A stretch of DNA of 64,000 nt from an uncultured Flavobacteriaceae bacterium (GCA_937136755.1 CAKZOR010000137.1:5032-69031); one strand, 5' to 3'; shown: positions 15,846-26,094, counted from the first letter of the stretch. Translations and numbers: made by a program. The notes: generated by a model not told the origin, from the letters alone.

Positions 15846-18029
15846 ATGAAAATTGTTTTCACTACACTGGCTACAGCGCTACTCACAACATCAGTCTGGG
15901 CCCAAACAAAGCAACCATCTAATGGTGCAACAAAAAAGCAAACAGACAGTTTGCTCCAAAAAGAAATTGCCTTAAACGAGGTTTTTGTTAGTGCCCTTAG
16001 GGCTACAAAAGCCATGGGGGTGTCCTTTTCTAATGTAAAGGCCGAAGATTTTGAGTCTAGAAATTTAGGCCAGGATTTACCTATTTTGCTACAGTATTTA
16101 CCCGGAGTAGTCACTACTTCAGATGCTGGAGCAGGAATTGGATACACCGGAATTAGGGTCAGAGGGTCAGACGCGACTAGGGTCAATGTAACCATTAACG
16201 GAATACCCTATAACGACCCAGAGTCTCAGGGTACTTTTTGGGTGAACCTTCCAGATTTTGGTTCTTCCGTTTCTTCTGTACAACTTCAAAGAGGGGTAGG
16301 TACTTCTACCAATGGTGCTGGAGCATTTGGGGCCAGTTTAAACATTTCTACCAGAGACGTTGCGCCCGAGGCCTCTGCACAAATCAGAAGCGCTGTGGGT
16401 AGTTTTAATACATTGAACAACAGCGTTCAGTTTAACACAGGTCTTTTAAACAACGATTTTAGCCTTTCTGGAAGGCTGTCTCGTATTGTTTCGGACGGCT
16501 ATATTGACAGGGCAAGTGCCCGATTGTCGTCTTATTTTTTACAGGGGACCTATCAAAAAGGCAGTACTACTTTAAAAGGACTTTTATTTGGTGGTCATGA
16601 GGTTACTTACCAGGCATGGAATGGAATAGATGCACAAACCCTTAGTGAAAACAGAACATTCAATCCCTCTGGAATGTACACAGATGCAAATGGAGTCCAG
16701 CAATTTCATGACAAGGAAGAAGACAATTACAAACAAGACCATGCTCAATTACATTGGAATGAAGTGTTAGTGGGTGGTTGGAACGCTCAATTTGCCCTTC
16801 ATTTCACCAGAGGAAGGGGCTATTTTGAGCAATATAAGGAAGGTGAAACAGATGGTTCCTACAACATTGGTTTGCCGCAAGACACGCCTACGGATTTGAT
16901 CAGAAGGCGTTGGTTAGACAACCGTTTTTATGGCTTCACCACTTCGGTGACCAAGCAAACCAATAAGGGACAGCTCATTTTAGGAGGGGCCTTAAACAAG
17001 TATGAAGGGGCGCATTTTGGCGAAGTAATCTGGGCACAGCAAATGGGCACAGCGCACATAGGAGACCGCTATTATGACGATTTTTCTACTAAAACAGATG
17101 CGAATATCTACTTGAAGTGGCAGCAACAATTTGGTCAAAAATGGACCTCATTTTTAGACCTTCAATACAGAGGAGTGGGCTATACGGCCAATGGAGAAGA
17201 AACAGGGCTTGTAGACGATCAATTTGGGTTTTTCAATCCTAAAATGGGCCTAACGTATCAAGCCAATAAAGCCAATAGCATATATATTTCCTATGCTGTG
17301 GCCAATAGAGAACCCAATAGAAATGATTACGAAAGTGGCAATCCTAAGCCTGAGCAGCTTAGGGACATAGAGTTGGGATGGCGTTATTTGTCGCCCTCTT
17401 TTCAATTAAACACCAACCTGTTTTACATGCGTTACAAAGATCAACTAGTTTTAACTGGGGCTTTAAACGACGTTGGAGCCCCACTCAGAGCCAATGTGGG
17501 AGATAGTTATAGGCTAGGAATTGAAATAGATGCTCAGAAACAAGTGTCAGATAAATGGTTATGGCAGGCCAATGTATCTTTTAGCGACCATAGGAATCTA
17601 GACTATTTCTTTAAAAGGGATGGAGAGCTCAGGGACCTTGGTAATACACAAATAGCTTTTTCTCCAAGATTTATTGCAGGACAAATGGTCCAGTACAATG
17701 TAGATGAGCACTTTGCTTTGAGTCTGCTCTACAAGCGGGTTGGTAAGCAGTATATGGGGAACATTGACTCAGATGCTTCCGTTTTAAAAGGTTACAGCCA
17801 TACGGATTTAAATGCCCAATACACTTGGAATCCCTCCCATACTTTTAAGGAGATTAGTTTGAATCTTTTAGTGAATAATTTGTTTAACAACCTTTTTGTG
17901 AGTAACGGTTATTTTTACACCTACGACGACGATTTTTCTTCTCCAGGGACGGTAACAACCATTGAAGGAGCTGGCTATTACCCACAAGCAGGCACCAACT
18001 TTTTGCTGGGCGCCACCTTTTCTTTTTAA
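15846..18029 (+). CDS. TonB-dependent receptor, probable thiamine uptake
   Basis: Signal peptide, LNEVFVSA TonB box, plug motif SDAGAGIGYTGIRVRGSD, C-terminal F; downstream of a TPP riboswitch. Confidence 0.9.
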   Translation: MKIVFTTLATALLTTSVWAQTKQPSNGATKKQTDSLLQKEIALNEVFVSALRATKAMGVSFSNVKAEDFESRNLGQDLPILLQYLPGVVTTSDAGAGIGYTGIRVRGSDATRVNVTINGIPYNDPESQGTFWVNLPDFGSSVSSVQLQRGVGTSTNGAGAFGASLNISTRDVAPEASAQIRSAVGSFNTLNNSVQFNTGLLNNDFSLSGRLSRIVSDGYIDRASARLSSYFLQGTYQKGSTTLKGLLFGGHEVTYQAWNGIDAQTLSENRTFNPSGMYTDANGVQQFHDKEEDNYKQDHAQLHWNEVLVGGWNAQFALHFTRGRGYFEQYKEGETDGSYNIGLPQDTPTDLIRRRWLDNRFYGFTTSVTKQTNKGQLILGGALNKYEGAHFGEVIWAQQMGTAHIGDRYYDDFSTKTDANIYLKWQQQFGQKWTSFLDLQYRGVGYTANGEETGLVDDQFGFFNPKMGLTYQANKANSIYISYAVANREPNRNDYESGNPKPEQLRDIELGWRYLSPSFQLNTNLFYMRYKDQLVLTGALNDVGAPLRANVGDSYRLGIEIDAQKQVSDKWLWQANVSFSDHRNLDYFFKRDGELRDLGNTQIAFSPRFIAGQMVQYNVDEHFALSLLYKRVGKQYMGNIDSDASVLKGYSHTDLNAQYTWNPSHTFKEISLNLLVNNLFNNLFVSNGYFYTYDDDFSSPGTVTTIEGAGYYPQAGTNFLLGATFSF

Positions 18030-18065
18030 GAAAGTCATGAAGGTTTATTTGGCTTCGCCGATGCT

Positions 18066-18524
18066 TTAATTAAATACCCTTACTGTGTTTCCGCTGGCCT
18101 GCGTTTGGTAGGCCAGCAGATCATAGGTTCTTTCCGAATTATTGGCTGGGTTTAGTAGCTGTCCTGTAAATAGACTGTAGCTAAAAGCGTCACAGTCACA
18201 GGTCCCATTTTGACCCTCAATAACTAGTGTGCTACAGCTATTTGGGCTATGATTGGCGCAGCTAGCTTCAAAAGCAACAAACTGATCGAATCCAGAATTC
18301 ATGACAATAATTCCTTTGGTTCCAATACCCGTAGCATCTATATAAATAGGGTTCCCTATTATTTTGAGTGGGTTGTATTTAGGTAAACTCAAATTGAGTT
18401 CAATAGAAAAGTTAATTTCTTGAAGGTATGGGTTTCTTCTTGAATTTTGAGTACTGCAGTTGACCATCAAAGCGCTAAAAAACAGAAGTATAGCAAGGGT
18501 TTTTGTGGTTTTGACTTTAGGCAT
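18066..18524 (-). CDS. conserved hypothetical lipoprotein with a Rieske-like Cys/His pattern
   Basis: Start moved to MPKVK (18524). Lipobox-like MVNC. AFEASCANH...C...CDCD..SYSLFTGQ. Confidence 0.75.
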   Translation of the reverse strand: MPKVKTTKTLAILLFFSALMVNCSTQNSRRNPYLQEINFSIELNLSLPKYNPLKIIGNPIYIDATGIGTKGIIVMNSGFDQFVAFEASCANHSPNSCSTLVIEGQNGTCDCDAFSYSLFTGQLLNPANNSERTYDLLAYQTQASGNTVRVFN

Positions 18525-18608
18525 AACATGCTGTTTTGAATAAAAAATTGTGTATCTTTGTTCAGATCCTCTATAATAGAGGATTTTTCTATTTAAAACC
18601 ATGAAGAT

Positions 18609-19085
18609 ATGAGTAAAGTATCTTATTACACCGCAGAGGGATTAAAAAAGTTGAAAGACGAACTGAATCAGCTGCGTGATATTGAAAGGCCAAAGGCCTC
18701 ACAAGCTATTGCAGAAGCTAGAGATAAAGGAGATTTATCTGAAAACGCTGAATACGACGCGGCAAAAGAAGCCCAAGGTCTATTGGAGCTTAAAATTGCT
18801 AAAATGGAAGAAATTTTAGCTGGAGCGCGATTAATAGATGAGTCACAGTTAGATGTGTCTAAAGTTTTGGTGCTTTCTACAGTAAAATTAAAAAACACCC
18901 AGAACGGAATGCTTATGTCTTATACCTTAGTAGCTGAAAGCGAAGCAGATCTCAAGTCTGGAAAAATCTCTGTGAACTCTCCTATTGGAAAAGGTTTACT
19001 GGGAAAGAAAGTGGGAGATATTGCTGAAATTAAAGTGCCTAATGGAACTATGGGCTTTGAGATTGTAGCCATCACTAGGTCCTAA
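18609..19085 (+). CDS. greA: transcription elongation factor GreA
   Basis: ARDKGDLSENAEYDAAKE, ISVNSPIGKGLLGK. Confidence 0.98.
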   Translation: MSKVSYYTAEGLKKLKDELNQLRDIERPKASQAIAEARDKGDLSENAEYDAAKEAQGLLELKIAKMEEILAGARLIDESQLDVSKVLVLSTVKLKNTQNGMLMSYTLVAESEADLKSGKISVNSPIGKGLLGKKVGDIAEIKVPNGTMGFEIVAITRS

Positions 19086-19173
19086 TTTAGCGCAGGCAAC
19101 AACCTCCTTTTTATACTGAAAAAAGGATTTTTTACACTTCGAAAATCACCGATTTATTCCTAACCTTTTACAA

Positions 19174-19584
19174 ATGGCTAGTATTTTTACCAAAATAATT
19201 CAAGGCGACATTCCCGCTTATAAAATTGCAGAAACAGCAGATTGTATTGCTTTTTTAGATGTAAATCCAAATGCAAAGGGACATACGCTTTGTGTTCCGA
19301 AGAAAGAAGTAGATAAGATTACAGATCTGTCACAGGAAGCGTACCTTTCACTCATGTCATTTTCTTTAAAAGTAGCACAGTCCATTGAAAAATCAGTTCC
19401 TTGCAAGCGAGTTGGTTTTACTGTGATAGGTTTAGAGGTGCCTCATGTTCATGTGCACCTAATTCCTTTAAATAGTATGGCAGACGCAAATTTTTCTAAA
19501 AAAGAGGCCCTTAACCCTGCTGAGTTCGAGACTGTAGCAGCAGATATAAAGGCCGCTTACAATAGCGAATTAGGCAACCAATGA
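19174..19584 (+). CDS. HIT family hydrolase
   Basis: SIFTKII, GHTLCVPK, VPHVHVHLIP histidine triad. Confidence 0.95.
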   Translation: MASIFTKIIQGDIPAYKIAETADCIAFLDVNPNAKGHTLCVPKKEVDKITDLSQEAYLSLMSFSLKVAQSIEKSVPCKRVGFTVIGLEVPHVHVHLIPLNSMADANFSKKEALNPAEFETVAADIKAAYNSELGNQ

Positions 19585-19659
19585 AGCAACTGACTTTAAC
19601 AACTTCCTATTTAAATTGCTGAATAAAGTCATCTTAAGATACTGTTTTTTACCCATGAG

Positions 19660-20805
19660 TTAAACCCAAGGGAAGTACATTTCAATACGCGTACCCCTGT
19701 TGTTCTCTGAGTGTATTTTTAATAGACCTTTATGGAATTGGGTCACAATCCTTTTGGTCAAGGAGAGTCCTAGCCCCCAGCCAGATTTTTTAGTACTAAA
19801 CCCCGGATCGGTTACTTTTTTAAGGTGTTTTTTGTCAATTCCAGGTCCGTGATCCTGAACACTCACTACCATGTATTTCTTGTCTTTAAAGATTTGAACC
19901 ATAATGGTTCCGTGGCCTTTCATAGCGTCTACGCTATTTTTTATTAAATTTTCCAGACACCAAAAATAAAGCGGTTTGTTTAATGGGACCATCTGTGATT
20001 CCAAATGGGACTTAAATTGGAGGTCAATAGATTTTGGAAATCTATCGCTGAGGTATTTTATTCCCTCCTGGGTTGTTTCTATAAGTGCTACTTTTTCTAG
20101 ACCAGTTTCTAGCCCAATATTAGAGAAACGGTTGCTAATTGTAGAGAGCCTTTCAAGATCTTTATTAACTTCAACAGTAATTTCAGAAGATATACCCTGT
20201 TCTATCAAAAGACTGTTCCAGCCCATTAATGCACTGAGTGGTGTGGCTATTTGGTGGGCTGTTTCTTTAGCCATACTGGCCCATAAAATATTTTGAGCGG
20301 CTACTTTTTCTAATTTTAGCGCAAAATATACCACGGCAGAAAATAAGGCAAGAATTAATAGTAGTGCCAATGGAAAATAGCGAAGCTTTTTTAAGTTGGG
20401 AGACTCTCCATAGTACAATATAGCCAATACAGTTTCTCCTTCTTTGATTTTGATTGGCGGGTTCTCTTTCGCAAATCTTTCCATGAGCCCCTCCAGCTTT
20501 TCAGCATTTTGGGAAATGTCTTCATCGAAGTTGTTAAAGCTATAGGACCCATCTGTGTGAGAAAGAATCATGGGGGTTTTAGTATTAGATTGAAAAATCT
20601 CTAAGACCAAATCTCCAAGAGGTGCATTGGGATCTGCACTCATGAATTGTGATTGGGCTGTAGCCCAAATAGACATTTTATCTTGTGCTTCTTTTTTAAA
20701 TTCTCTTAAAAAGCTATTAGTATTCCAAAGAATAAGCCCTACAATAAAGAGTGCTATTGTAATAAGGATAGGCCTGGCATAAATGAGTTTATTAGATGCT
20801 TTCAT
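19660..20805 (-). CDS. sensor histidine kinase with no adjacent regulator
   Basis: Two TM segments; H-box MAKETAHQIATPLS; N-box ENLIKNSVDAM; G boxes DHGPG and GWGLGLSL. Confidence 0.92.
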   Translation of the reverse strand: MKASNKLIYARPILITIALFIVGLILWNTNSFLREFKKEAQDKMSIWATAQSQFMSADPNAPLGDLVLEIFQSNTKTPMILSHTDGSYSFNNFDEDISQNAEKLEGLMERFAKENPPIKIKEGETVLAILYYGESPNLKKLRYFPLALLLILALFSAVVYFALKLEKVAAQNILWASMAKETAHQIATPLSALMGWNSLLIEQGISSEITVEVNKDLERLSTISNRFSNIGLETGLEKVALIETTQEGIKYLSDRFPKSIDLQFKSHLESQMVPLNKPLYFWCLENLIKNSVDAMKGHGTIMVQIFKDKKYMVVSVQDHGPGIDKKHLKKVTDPGFSTKKSGWGLGLSLTKRIVTQFHKGLLKIHSENNRGTRIEMYFPWV

Positions 20806-20930
20806 ATATTTAAATCCTGAGAAAAGGGATATTCTTTAAAATTAGGCATTATTTTGAGAAAGAAACCCAAAGGGGTTTATTACATTTTGTTACCTTTGTT
20901 TTTGACAAATTTTAATTTAAAAGACGCCAC

Positions 20931-21314
20931 ATGGAAGTACAAGGGACTGTGAAATTAATAGATGAAACAAAAACTTTTGGAACGAATGGTTTTAGAAAAA
21001 GAGAGCTGGTTGTAACTACTGAAGAGCAGTACCCTCAGCACATAATGATTGAGTTTGTGCAAGACAAATGTGATCTTTTAAATTCATTTTCTCCAGGTCA
21101 GAAGGTGAAAGTGGGAATTAATTTAAGGGGAAGAGAGTGGCAGAGTCCACAAGGAGAGACCAAGTACTTCAATTCTATTCAAGGCTGGAGAATAGATGCT
21201 TTAGAAGCAGCTGGTTCCGAAGCTGCAGCGGGTATTCCTCCTGTGCCTCCAATGGAAGCTTTTAGTCCTGCAGATAATTTAAATGAAGAAGATCACGACG
21301 ATCTTCCATTCTAG
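20931..21314 (+). CDS. DUF3127 OB-fold protein (SSB-like acidic tail)
   Basis: GFRKRELVVTTEEQYPQ, NLRGREW, YFNSIQGWRI, DDLPF C-terminus. Confidence 0.88.
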   Translation: MEVQGTVKLIDETKTFGTNGFRKRELVVTTEEQYPQHIMIEFVQDKCDLLNSFSPGQKVKVGINLRGREWQSPQGETKYFNSIQGWRIDALEAAGSEAAAGIPPVPPMEAFSPADNLNEEDHDDLPF

Positions 21315-21865
21315 TAAAGATAACAACTGACTTCATGGTCATTGACCATGCCAGTGGCTTGCATAAAAGCATATACAATAGTAGGACCTACAAAATTGAA
21401 ACCTCTTTTTTTTAGGTCCTTACTTATTTCTAAAGATAAAGGAGTGAATGCAGGCGCTTCTTTGTATAAATTCACTTTATTTATAAGCGTCTTTCCTTGG
21501 GTAAAGCCCCAGTAATATTGACTAAAGCTGCCAAACTCTGCTTGAATTTTCATAAAAGCAGCTGCATTTTGAACACTAGACCTAATTTTCAGTCGGTTTC
21601 TAACAATCTCCTGGTTTTGAAGTAGTGCGGCTATTTTCTCCTCATTGTACTTCGCTATTTTCTCATAATCAAACAGATCAAAAGCTTCTCTAAAGGCGTT
21701 TCTTTTTTTTAGAATGGTGATCCAGCTCAAACCCGCTTGAAATCCCTCTAGAATTAAAAATTCAAATAAAACACGGTCTTCCTTAACCACCCTTCCCCAT
21801 TCATTATCGTGATAGGCTTCGTAAATAGGGTCTCCCTCACACCAGCTACATCTCTTTTTATTCAT
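21311..21865 (-). CDS. tag: DNA-3-methyladenine glycosylase I
   Basis: RCSW, YHDNEWG, LEGFQAGLSW, FVGPTIVYAFMQATGMVNDH. Confidence 0.96.
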   Translation of the reverse strand: MNKKRCSWCEGDPIYEAYHDNEWGRVVKEDRVLFEFLILEGFQAGLSWITILKKRNAFREAFDLFDYEKIAKYNEEKIAALLQNQEIVRNRLKIRSSVQNAAAFMKIQAEFGSFSQYYWGFTQGKTLINKVNLYKEAPAFTPLSLEISKDLKKRGFNFVGPTIVYAFMQATGMVNDHEVSCYLY

Positions 21866-21911
21866 ATTTTTATGCTCTAATCATATTCCCTAAACTATAA
21901 TTTTTTTTTAG

Positions 21912-22517
21912 ATGTCCCTAATAAAAGCTCAAATAGAATCTGCCATAAAAGTTGCACTAGACTATCCTTCTTATATGATACTTATGGAGGAATTAGTCCT
22001 CAAACAGATGAGTACTGGGCTGGAACAAAGTGATGCTTTAACCAACTACACCCTTTTGAACAATAAGCGCATGCAGCGTTTAAATAAAACCTTAAAGGTT
22101 CCGTCAGAAATAGAAACCAGTATTAAAAATGACCCCAGAGATATTCACTTTTTAGTCCTTTCTGAGAGTTGGTGTGGAGACGCTGCACAAAGCCTTCCTA
22201 TGGTGTCTAAAATAGCCAAATGCCATCCTAATTGGTCTATGTCTATTGTTTCTAGAGATGAACATCCAGTTTTAATGGACGCCTATTTGACCAATGGGGG
22301 ACGTTCCATTCCCAAGGTGCTTATTTTAGATAATAAGACTTTAGAGGTTTTGGCAGATTGGGGCCCAAGACCTACAGAAGCTACAAAAATGGTAGTAGAT
22401 TACAAAGAAATTCACGGTAGCCTAGATGCTGACTTTAAACAGTCTTTACAGTTGTGGTACAACAAAGATAAAGGTCAGTCTATCCTTCAAGATTTTCTAA
22501 TCCTATTAGGCCTATAG
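21912..22517 (+). CDS. thioredoxin-fold protein (Thioredoxin_9 type, monothiol WCGDA)
   Basis: LSESWCGDAAQ, LTNGGRSIP, WGPRP, LWYNKDKG. Confidence 0.85.
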   Translation: MSLIKAQIESAIKVALDYPSYMILMEELVLKQMSTGLEQSDALTNYTLLNNKRMQRLNKTLKVPSEIETSIKNDPRDIHFLVLSESWCGDAAQSLPMVSKIAKCHPNWSMSIVSRDEHPVLMDAYLTNGGRSIPKVLILDNKTLEVLADWGPRPTEATKMVVDYKEIHGSLDADFKQSLQLWYNKDKGQSILQDFLILLGL

Positions 22518-22581
22518 TACCCGAGAGCATGTTTTTTGACTTTTTATTAGCATTAATTTTTTCTTGGGGACCCTATTTACC

Positions 22582-23340
22582 CTAGTTTTTTGCCTGAAAG
22601 TAATAGGTGATTGTGCCCCATTGCATTTTGCCCTCTCGGCGATTAAATTGAGATTTTGAAGCATATTCAAGGGCGTTTTCTAGTAGACATCCATTCGTAG
22701 TGGTGCTCTTTGCGGAATTTATTTCTGTACCAACAACTACCCCTTCTGGAGAGACTTTTATATTGACAACTACTTTTCCTCCTTGCTTGCAAGTATACAC
22801 AGGAATTGGGAGGGAAGTTTTATCTCGTTCAAATAAATGGTAGTAAACCCTTGTTCTTGAGGGTAAATTAGTGCTGCTGCTCTTTTGGGCTTTTAAACTG
22901 TCTAGGACTTTTTGATTTTCTTCTTCTAGTGCTTTTAGCTTTTCACTAAATGAATTACCTACACCAACTTCTTCACTGCCTGAAGCAGCATTTATCCCAC
23001 TAGGAGTCTTAGTTTCTTTTTGGTTATAGGTCGCTTTTTTAGCTGAATTATAAGCGGAATTACTTTTGAATTTTTCTGAGTTTTCTGGGGCTTCTTTTTT
23101 TTCTGAAACTGCTTTATTGTTTTCTTTTGGAAGGGGGGGGGATTCCAATGCCATTAAGATTTCTATGTCTTTTTCTGCATTGAAATAGTTTGGATATAGG
23201 TGAAGGTTTCCCAGAATTAAAAGGAGAAACCCCATGGAAAAGAGGGTGCTCAAAAATGCCAATTGACGCCTGTTCAGGTGATTTACAAAGTAAACAAACT
23301 GGGTTAATTTTTGATTAATAAGTACTTTCCAATCAGACAT
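22582..23340 (-). CDS. TonB-like energy transducer family protein
   Basis: N-terminal TM, charged linker, C-terminal PIPVYTC..GGKVVVNIKV...GTITYYF. Confidence 0.75.
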   Translation of the reverse strand: MSDWKVLINQKLTQFVYFVNHLNRRQLAFLSTLFSMGFLLLILGNLHLYPNYFNAEKDIEILMALESPPLPKENNKAVSEKKEAPENSEKFKSNSAYNSAKKATYNQKETKTPSGINAASGSEEVGVGNSFSEKLKALEEENQKVLDSLKAQKSSSTNLPSRTRVYYHLFERDKTSLPIPVYTCKQGGKVVVNIKVSPEGVVVGTEINSAKSTTTNGCLLENALEYASKSQFNRREGKMQWGTITYYFQAKN

Positions 23341-23437
23341 TAATGTAGATTATTTAATAAGATATCATTAAGGCTAGGCTACAAGGGATTATTCCCTTCT
23401 TGAATACATTGAAAATATTCCTCTTAAGAGCGTCCTT

Positions 23438-24154
23438 TTAAAGAGTCACGTTTTTTTCTAACAAGTCTTTAAACGAAGCTGCATCTATTGCATTATTTAC
23501 GCTAAAATCTCCTATTTTGGTTCTTCTAAGTGAAGATAAATGCGCACCACTCTCTAAGGCTTTGCCGTAATCATGGGCTAAGGATCTAATATAAGTGCCT
23601 TTACTACAGACTATTTCAAATTCAATGGCAGGAAAAGTTTTGGGGGCAATCTTAAATGAGTGCACGCATACTTGCCTAGTGGGAATTTCTACCGCCTCTC
23701 CAGCTCTCGCATATTCATATAATCGCTTGCCTTCTTTTTTTAGCGCAGAAAACACCGGAGGCCTTTGTTGTAGGTCTCCTGTAAATAATTCAGCGGTAGA
23801 TAATAATTGTTGCTCACTGATGTGATCTGTGTCAAAATGCGCGTCAAATTCAGTTTCTAAATCATAAGAAGGGGTTGTTTTTCCCAGTGAAATAGTTCCG
23901 GTATATGTTTTTATTTGGCCTTGTAATTCCGCAATTTTTTTAGTGAATTTTCCAGTACATATAATCAATAAGCCAGTAGCCAATGGGTCTAAGGTACCCG
24001 CATGACCTACCTTTATTTTTTTGGCATTAAACTTTGTCTTAATGCCCCATTTAACTGCATTGACTGCCTGGTAAGAACTCCAATGTAGCGGCTTGTCTAT
24101 CAATAAGATTTGCCCTGTTTCAAAATCCGTTAAGCTTAGGTCGTGTAATGACAT
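23438..24154 (-). CDS. truB: tRNA pseudouridine(55) synthase
   Basis: KVGHAGTLDPLATGLL, PPVFSALK, CSKGTYIRSLA. Confidence 0.97.
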   Translation of the reverse strand: MSLHDLSLTDFETGQILLIDKPLHWSSYQAVNAVKWGIKTKFNAKKIKVGHAGTLDPLATGLLIICTGKFTKKIAELQGQIKTYTGTISLGKTTPSYDLETEFDAHFDTDHISEQQLLSTAELFTGDLQQRPPVFSALKKEGKRLYEYARAGEAVEIPTRQVCVHSFKIAPKTFPAIEFEIVCSKGTYIRSLAHDYGKALESGAHLSSLRRTKIGDFSVNNAIDAASFKDLLEKNVTL

Positions 24155-24157
24155 GTT

Positions 24158-24955
24158 TTAGTTATTGATTAATCCCAAAATAATGGCTATGCTTCCAACG
24201 CAAAAGCAGTATATGGCGAAATAGAATAATTTTGCCTTTTTAACAAGCGTCAGCATCCATTGGCAAGCCAAAAGACCTGATATAAAAGCGGCACAAAAGC
24301 CCATTAATAAACCCGGACTATCCGTCCCTTCAAAGGCAATGGTTCCAGAGAGTACGTCTTTGGCTACTTTACCAAAGATGAGTGGTATGACCATTAAAAA
24401 CGAAAATCTCGCTGCTTTGGATTTGTCTACCTTGAGTAGTACTGCAGTAGCAATTGTAGCACCAGACCTTGAAATACCTGGTAGCATAGCGATTCCTTGG
24501 GCTACACCAATGATTACAGCATGGCTGTAACTTACTTTTTTTTGATTGTCCTTAGAGCGATCAGCAATGTAGAGTAAGCCTCCTGTAACCCATAGCATAC
24601 TACCTACAAAAATGACTTGGCCTGAAAAAAGTGATTCTAAGGCTTCTTCAAAAAACAAACCAATCACCACAGCAGGAATCATAGAAAGCACTATTTTAAC
24701 CGCAAAATTCCTTGATTCGGAGTCTTTTCTGTTAAAGAGTCCCAGGATAATTTCTCCAATATCTTTTCTGAAAATAACCATTGTGCTCAATGCAGTGGCA
24801 AAATGTAGTACTACAGTAAAACTCAATTGTTGCTCTGCTAAAGCTTCTGCCCCTAAGATACTTTTGGCTAATTCTAAATGACCGCTAGAGGAGACCGGGA
24901 GGAATTCTGTAATCCCTTGTATAATTCCAAGAATTAATGCGTCTAGTAGTTCCAA
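24158..24955 (-). CDS. uppP: undecaprenyl-diphosphate phosphatase
   Basis: QGITEFLPVSSSGH, PGISRSGAT. TTG start. Confidence 0.96.
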   Translation of the reverse strand: MELLDALILGIIQGITEFLPVSSSGHLELAKSILGAEALAEQQLSFTVVLHFATALSTMVIFRKDIGEIILGLFNRKDSESRNFAVKIVLSMIPAVVIGLFFEEALESLFSGQVIFVGSMLWVTGGLLYIADRSKDNQKKVSYSHAVIIGVAQGIAMLPGISRSGATIATAVLLKVDKSKAARFSFLMVIPLIFGKVAKDVLSGTIAFEGTDSPGLLMGFCAAFISGLLACQWMLTLVKKAKLFYFAIYCFCVGSIAIILGLINN

Positions 24956-25204
24956 TTATTTCTGCTTGTTAGGATCTAGTAAAATCGCGTAGGCTTGAAT
25001 TCCTAGACCGATTAATACTAAGGTAGGAGCTAGTCTTATTCTTCTAAAATTGTAAATTTCAGGATTAAATATATTGGGATCTGTGCTTTTACCTCCAGAC
25101 ATTAATATAAACCCTAGCGTCATAAAACCTATTCCAATAAAAAGAAATTGATAATTTTTTTTACCAAACACAAAGGATTTTTTGGGCGATTTATCTTGTT
25201 TCAT
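24956..25204 (-). CDS. DUF3098 small membrane protein
   Basis: FGKKNY, GFILMSGG, RIRLAPTLV; lies between ftsX and uppP. Confidence 0.85.
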   Translation of the reverse strand: MKQDKSPKKSFVFGKKNYQFLFIGIGFMTLGFILMSGGKSTDPNIFNPEIYNFRRIRLAPTLVLIGLGIQAYAILLDPNKQK

Positions 25205-25218
25205 TTGATTATTTTAGG

Positions 25219-26094
25219 TTAGTAAAGTTCTGCTGTTCTTAGGTTTAAAAACCGCTGGGCAGCAAAAAAAGTGCTCATTCCCGCTATAACGGCACCCATT
25301 AAAAAAACACCTGACGCCACAATTCCAAGCGAAATAGGGTCATTCAAAAGGCCTAAACTTGGAAAGACAAAGTCTAAATAGGCCATTAGACTGCCAATAC
25401 CACTAAGAGCTACAAAGGCTCCAATGATACCCAGCTTTATATTGGTGGCCATAAAGGGTTTTCTAATAAATTGCTTTGTGGCACCGACCATTTGCATGGT
25501 TTTAATAATAAATCGATTTGAATAAAGGGCCAAGCGAATAGAAGCATTGATGAGTAATACTGCAATAAAAGTCATTAGGCTACTAATCACAAGGATCCAG
25601 AAAGAGATTTTTTTAATATTATCGTTTAATAAGTTTACTAGTGGCTGGTCATAAGCTACTTCTGCAACAAATGATTTTGCACTCAAATCTGCAACAATTT
25701 CAGCCATTTCTTCCGGACTTACATATGCAGCTAAAAGATTCAAATCAATAGCATTTTTAAGGGGGTTGTACCCCAAAAAACCAAGAAAATCTTCTTCAAT
25801 ATCTTCTCTGAGTTGTTCAGCAGCGTCTTCTTTAGAAACAAAAACGGCTTCTTTAGTATAGGGCGCTAAGGCTAGAGATTGTTGTAATTGAGATATTTCT
25901 ACTTTTTTTGCACTGTCTTTTAAGAAAACAGTAATTTTTATTTGTTCTTTAAAGTGGTCGCCAAGCTTTTTGGTGTTTATGACCAAAACACCCAAAATAC
26001 CCAATAAAAATAGTACCAAACTAATGCTGAGTACCACTGAAAAGTAGGAAGAAATTAATCTTCTTTTTTGATAACGTTCAAAGGATTGGCCCAT
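25219..26094 (-). CDS. ftsX: cell division permease-like protein FtsX
   Basis: Four-TM layout, LGYNPL, LINASIRL...IKTMQMVGATKQFIRKPF. Confidence 0.92.
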   Translation of the reverse strand: MGQSFERYQKRRLISSYFSVVLSISLVLFLLGILGVLVINTKKLGDHFKEQIKITVFLKDSAKKVEISQLQQSLALAPYTKEAVFVSKEDAAEQLREDIEEDFLGFLGYNPLKNAIDLNLLAAYVSPEEMAEIVADLSAKSFVAEVAYDQPLVNLLNDNIKKISFWILVISSLMTFIAVLLINASIRLALYSNRFIIKTMQMVGATKQFIRKPFMATNIKLGIIGAFVALSGIGSLMAYLDFVFPSLGLLNDPISLGIVASGVFLMGAVIAGMSTFFAAQRFLNLRTAELY

